A stretch of 8,914 nt of DNA from Candidatus Electronema aureum. GTDB taxonomy: Bacteria > Desulfobacterota > Desulfobulbia > Desulfobulbales > Desulfobulbaceae. Shown here one piece after another: positions 5,615 to 8,914 of the stretch. Numbering within the stretch: the first letter of the stretch is position 1; each line of letters starts with the position of its first letter. Below the pieces are notes generated by a model. The model made no database searches, had not been told where the DNA came from, and was given only the letters and a program-made list of their open reading frames with translations. The stretch lies in the NCBI GenBank assembly GCA_004284765.1, contig NQJD01000061.1:1-8914 (forward strand). Reading direction: 5' to 3'. Position numbers and translations under genes: made by a program.

Positions 5615-5754
5615 GCAGTTGCATAAAGATTGATAGGATCAAGGGTGTAAATCGGCTTGGCCAAATAAGCCCGGACCGCCCTGCGGATAATTGAAGTCTT
5701 CGCCTCAAACCAAAAAATTCTCTTGACGAAACCATCTCCGGCCAAGTCAGGCAT
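5611..5754 (-). CDS. Possible 47-aa ORF with a ribbon-helix-helix-like C-terminal helix (very tentative; may be a gene remnant)
   Basis: Hand translation MPDLAGDGFVKRIFWFEAKTSIIRRAVRAYLAKPIYTLDPINLYATA. The frame is open from 5811 (SYLPEEVIALIVHQHKGRK precedes the ATG). Only a weak SD. SIIRRAVRAYL resembles the second helix of CopG/RHH antitoxins. Absent from the ORF track. Confidence 0.2.
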   Translation of the reverse strand: MPDLAGDGFVKRIFWFEAKTSIIRRAVRAYLAKPIYTLDPINLYATA

Positions 5755-5820
5755 TTTCCGGCCTTTGTGCTGGTGGACAATAAGGGCAATGACTTCTTCC
5801 GGCAGATAGCTCTATGATCT

Positions 5821-6294
5821 TCAGAGCGTTCCCATCCGCTGGGCATGACACACCGCCACGGCCAAGGCATCAGCGGCATCACTGCTTGGTGCGCCGCTGA
5901 GTTCAAGCAGCACTTGAATCATGTGCTGAACCTGTTCTTTTTCAGCTTGGCCGTAGCCGGTCACCGTCTGCTTGACCAAGCGAGGCGGGTAGCCATGCAC
6001 TGGCAGTCCAAAACGCATGGCTGCCACAACCGCTGCGCCCCGTGCTTGGCCGAGCTTGAGGGCAGAGCGGACATTATGAGCAACAAACAGCTCTTCCACG
6101 GCTGCAACCTCTGGCTTGTGCAACTCCATCACTTCGGCCAGCCCTTCAAAAATGATCAGCAGCCGTCGAGAGAAATCCTTCTCTTTTTCCGTACGGATGG
6201 TGCCGCAAGCAACAAAGCCCAGTCCCGGCCCCAGCTTGTCGATGATGCCGTAGCCGGTGATCCGAGAGCCTGGGTCAATGCCGATAATCCGCAG
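5821..6294 (-). CDS. ruvC: Crossover junction endodeoxyribonuclease RuvC (start codon non-canonical or uncertain)
   Basis: The track shows only 5821-6132, but the same frame is open up to 6330 and encodes the canonical N-terminus (L)RIIGIDPGSRITGYGIIDKLGPGLGFVACGTIRTEKEKDFSRRLLIIFEGLAEV. Catalytic motifs are IDPG, AVEELF and SDAADALAVAVCHA. The start is placed at CTG 6294-6292 by alignment logic. Confidence 0.85.
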   Translation of the reverse strand: MRIIGIDPGSRITGYGIIDKLGPGLGFVACGTIRTEKEKDFSRRLLIIFEGLAEVMELHKPEVAAVEELFVAHNVRSALKLGQARGAAVVAAMRFGLPVHGYPPRLVKQTVTGYGQAEKEQVQHMIQVLLELSGAPSSDAADALAVAVCHAQRMGTL

Positions 6295-6308
6295 CGGTTT
6301 GAGTAAAG

Positions 6309-7061
6309 CTATGACAGCTTCTCCATGATTTCATCTGGAATATCAAAGTTGGCGTGGACTTTCTGCACGTCATCATGATCTTCTAGGCTTTCCAGTAGCC
6401 TGAGCAGATTAGAAGCGGTCTTCTCTTCGGTGACTTCAATGGTGTTCTTCGGCACCATCAGGATGCTCGCCTCGCTCATCTTAATCTTGCTCTTCTCTAA
6501 CTGCTCAACCACCGCGTTGAAATCCTCTGGCGTGGTGTAAATCAGGAAGCTATCCTCTTCTGTCACCACGTCCTCTGCTCCGGCTTCCAAGGCCAGCTCA
6601 ATCAGCTGTTCCTCGCCAAGCCCGGCAACGGCCTCAACCGTGATCACGCCGCGCTTGTCGAACATCCAGCCCACGCAGCCGTTCTCGCCAAGGTTGCCGT
6701 TGTTCTTGGCAAAGAAATGACGAACATCCGCCACGGTACGGTTCTTGTTATCGGTCATGGTTTCGACTAATACTGCCACCCCGCCTGGCCCGTAGCCCTC
6801 GTAGAGGATTTCATCATAGATCGCGTCGCCCAGCTCGCCGGAGCCTTTTTTAATTGCCCGCTCAATGTTCTCCTTGGGCATGTTCTCGGTCTTGGCCGCG
6901 TTCACCGCGCTGCGCAGACGGGGATTACCGTCAATGTCGCCGCCGCCCATCCGGGCTGCAACCATAATCTCCTTGATCAGCTTGGTGAAAATTTTACCTC
7001 GCTTTGCATCAAGAGCACCTTTCTTCCTTTTGATGGTGCTCCACTTGGAATGTCCTGACAT
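6309..7061 (-). CDS. yebC: YebC/PmpR family protein (DNA-binding regulator / translation factor family)
   Basis: [32 protein letters not shown]...GNPRLR...[15 protein letters not shown]...[20 protein letters not shown] is the textbook YebC signature. GGAG sits 8 nt upstream of the ATG, and the conserved yebC-ruvC gene order is present. Confidence 0.95.
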   Translation of the reverse strand: MSGHSKWSTIKRKKGALDAKRGKIFTKLIKEIMVAARMGGGDIDGNPRLRSAVNAAKTENMPKENIERAIKKGSGELGDAIYDEILYEGYGPGGVAVLVETMTDNKNRTVADVRHFFAKNNGNLGENGCVGWMFDKRGVITVEAVAGLGEEQLIELALEAGAEDVVTEEDSFLIYTTPEDFNAVVEQLEKSKIKMSEASILMVPKNTIEVTEEKTASNLLRLLESLEDHDDVQKVHANFDIPDEIMEKLS

Positions 7062-7353
7062 TATTATTTCTCCATCGTTATTGTGCTAAACCGGTGATGC
7101 CGGTGTTTTATTCTGTACCACTTCTTTGATTGATTCATCCGATGTCTTTGGTAGCTTTCACCAAGACATTGAAGCTGCTCGATCGGTTGCCATCCAGATT
7201 CAAATATCTGTAGATCACTCTCGTGAGCCGGATACCTTGTCATAAAATCTGGTAATGATAACCGTAAGTGATCAATAAAATAAAATCGTTGTAGTGGTTA
7301 ATAAATCTCAAAACAAATAGGAGTTACGCAGTTCGATTGCTATTGAGCCGTTT

Positions 7354-7419
7354 TTAAAAGCCAATCACGCCGGTGTCGGCAAGTTCCTTCAGCGCGGTTT
7401 TCGTTCCGGTAGAGGTCAT
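7354..7419 (-). CDS. 21-codon ORF with a strong SD, divergent from the NTPase gene (leader peptide or 5' remnant of a lost gene)
   Basis: The minus strand reads AAGGAGAACAA ATG ACC TCT ... TTT TAA, giving MTSTGTKTALKELADTGVIGF. Followed by an AT-rich tract (about 7250-7330). No homology assignable. Confidence 0.2.
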   Translation of the reverse strand: MTSTGTKTALKELADTGVIGF

Positions 7420-7516
7420 TTGTTCTCCTTTGTCAGGAAAGCCATGCTGTTCCTGCTTGGAAAAAAACATGGAACAGAGTATTTTTTTCCGTCATCTTAC
7501 AGCGAGGGAGGAAAAA

Positions 7517-8795
7517 ATGCCACTGGAAGCATTAGCTTTTGTTAAAGCAGAATGGGCAAAGCAGCTTTGGAATAAATTAGACCGGCTGCGCGGTGAGGAA
7601 GTCAAGGAGCTTGACCGTCTGCGGGACGAGTTTGTTGATCCGAACGTGCTGAAGGATGTCTATGTGGTGCCGCAACTTCAGGATAGAAACCCGGCGGATT
7701 CGCGGCAAGACGATTTGGTGGTGTGTGCGCAGCAGTCCGCCTTTGAGCGCATCAACGGTTTTTTTCAGGGCAAGTTGCCGTTGGAGAAAGACGGGCGGCA
7801 TCAGATGTTCATCCTCTCAGACGCGGGCATGGGCAAGACTTCGCTCCTGCCGATGCTCAAGCTGATGCACCTGACCAGCTTCTGGCCGCAGAAATACAGC
7901 TGCCAGCTCTTCAAGCTCGGCGACGACACCTTGCAGCAGGTGCGCGAGCTGCCGAACAAAGGCGAGACTTTTCTGCTTCTCGACGCGCTGGATGAAGACC
8001 GGCAGGCGTGGAAGCGGATTCGCGACCGCCTGCTGGAGCTGCTTCAGGCCGGCGAGGATTTCCGCCGGGTGATCATCTCCAGCCGCACCCAATTTTTCCC
8101 GGAGATGGAGACGGACAGCCTCGGTAGACCGGAAATCAAGGTGCTGTCCGGCTATCACTGCCCAGTGCTGTATCTCTCACCGTTCAGCAATGAGCAAGTG
8201 CAGGAGTTCATCGAAAAAAAGCTTCCGGCACCGACTATTCTTTCAGGTGGGTAAAATTCAGCAACAGCGGCAGCGGGCGAATCATCTGCTGGAGCAGATG
8301 CAGGATTTGCGGATGCGGCCCATGCTGCTGCATCATCTCGACAAACTGCTGGAGCTGGACGACCGCGAGCAGAAATGGAACGCCTACACCGTGTATCAGG
8401 CGTTGATCAATGAGTGGCTTGACCGCGAGGTGCGCAAGCTGCGGGCGCATCGCTGCTGCGGTCGGCGGCGGATGCCGGAACGGAAGGAATTGTTCAACGC
8501 TTGTGTGCAGATTGCGGAACGGATGCAGCGGCGGGGTGAGCGGATTATTTCTGAAGATGAGCTTCAGCAGCTTATTCTTGCCGATCAGAACATTGCTTGG
8601 CTGGAAGAATTCGAGCTGGGCGGGCGTTCGCTGCTGAACCGGAACTCTGAGCGGGCTTTCCGTTTCAGCCATTACACCATTCAGGAGTTTCTTGTTGCCT
8701 ATGGCATGATAAACAATGCTTTTGCTGCGTCAGAACCTGTCCGTCCAACTGATCAGCTCCTGCGTTTTCTTGAGATTTCAAACAGCATTACCTAA
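7517..8795 (+). pseudogene. STAND/NACHT-type P-loop NTPase, frameshifted at an A7 tract and apparently 3'-truncated
   Basis: ATG 7517 follows GGGAGG (7506-7511). Walker A is DAGMGKTS (7820-7843) and Walker B is FLLLDALDED (7970-7999). Frame 1 stops at 8254 (…SPFSNEQVQEFIEKKLPAPTILSGG*). The NACHT continuation (…FRHRLFF…RPMLLHHL…YTVYQALINEWLDRE…FRFSHYTIQEFLVAY) is in the +1 frame (track ORF 8190-8795). The two frames overlap across AAAAAAA at 8214-8220. The stop TAA 8793-8795 lies inside the 19-bp repeat. Confidence 0.75.
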
Positions 8796-8807
8796 TGTGC
8801 AACTCTT
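8789..8807. repeat. Right copy of the perfect 19-bp inverted repeat (TACCTAATGTGCAACTCTT)
   Basis: Exact reverse complement of 263-281. It also forms a local imperfect hairpin with 8814-8822 (CCTAAT..CAA / TTG-ATTAGG). Confidence 0.75.
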
Positions 8808-8914
8808 TTAAACTTGATTAGGCAGCAATCAAGCCATCCAAGTCAAGTGGAGGGCGGTTATAGACCAAATTAAGGAAGACACAAACAGTGTGCGCCAAAA
8901 TTTTACGAATCAGA
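8789..8914 (+). mobile_element. Possible end of a second, related IS or MITE extending off the right edge
   Basis: Starts with the same 19-bp terminus as the left IS, oriented rightward. The inner sequence diverges but shares a CACAA...GTGCGCCAA block (8880-8898) with the left IS leader (rc of 187-203). No transposase start is visible before the window ends. Confidence 0.3.

Noticed and set aside
5845-6306. 153-aa plus-strand ORF opposite ruvC, and 5589-5906 on the minus strand
   Set aside because: The first is antisense to a clearly recognisable RuvC. The second overlaps the ruvC 3' end out of frame and has no motif or SD.
7064-7243. 59-codon minus-strand ORF (MTRYPAHESDLQIFESGW...[14 protein letters not shown]) directly upstream of yebC
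   Set aside because: It has no SD and a basic low-complexity tail, and it spans two hairpins (7142-7169 and ACCGG/CCGGT at 7092-7106) that look like yebC 5'-leader or promoter-region structure.
7325-7345. GCAGTTCGATTGC resembles a tRNA T-loop (GTTCGAnnC)
   Set aside because: The flanking bases do not form a T-stem, and no acceptor, D or anticodon arms can be drawn, so it is not a tRNA or tRNA-derived att site on this evidence.
8213-8221. A AAA AAG is the classic dnaX-type -1 programmed frameshift heptamer in the zero frame
   Set aside because: A -1 shift enters a frame encoding a Cys/Trp/Ser/Gly-rich sequence (ASGTDYSFRWVKFSNSGSGRIICW...) with no NTPase continuity. The homologous downstream part is in the +1 frame, so classic -1 PRF cannot restore the protein.
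7817-8672. Minus-strand ORFs 7817-8158 and 8235-8672, and plus-strand ORFs 7656-7865 and 8410-8637
   Set aside because: They are out-of-frame or antisense shadows inside the GC-rich NTPase gene, and their Arg/Leu/Pro/Gln-rich composition is typical of such frames.
263-8807. Composite transposon carrying the whole 8.5-kb interior
   Set aside because: The interior includes the core housekeeping pair yebC-ruvC, and the two flanking elements are not identical beyond 19 bp. Independent insertions of related elements are more plausible, although mobilisation or inversion of the segment cannot be excluded from this window.

Overview
Bacterial chromosomal window with no rRNA, tRNA or CRISPR array, in four blocks. 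All homology calls come from motif recognition by eye, since no database search was possible. (1) Left edge: the 5' end of an IS transposase gene on the minus strand (1-187), with a putative terminal inverted repeat at 263-281. (2) 282-5614: twelve co-directional plus-strand genes. Three tandem paralogous cassettes encode tiny, highly charged K/D/E/H-rich proteins (334-555, 654-809, 888-1046; the third is absent from the ORF track). They are followed by a three-BON-domain periplasmic protein, DUF3309-type and lmo0937-type micro-membrane proteins, a secreted Arg-rich protein, a classical SDR oxidoreductase, a 66-aa two-TM protein, and two tandem secreted DUF3494 (ice-binding-like beta-solenoid) paralogs that share an unusually conserved C-terminal tail. 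(3) 5821-7061, minus strand: the housekeeping yebC-ruvC pair, in which ruvC has no canonical start codon. (4) 7517-8795: a visibly GC-richer STAND/NACHT-type P-loop NTPase gene. It is broken by a frameshift in an A7 tract, and its stop codon is supplied by a second, inverted copy (8789-8807) of the 19-bp IS-end repeat. The most unusual content is the small-protein cassette array with its conserved 5' hairpin and 3' box, the DUF3494 tail, and the IS-bracketed, decaying NTPase locus.
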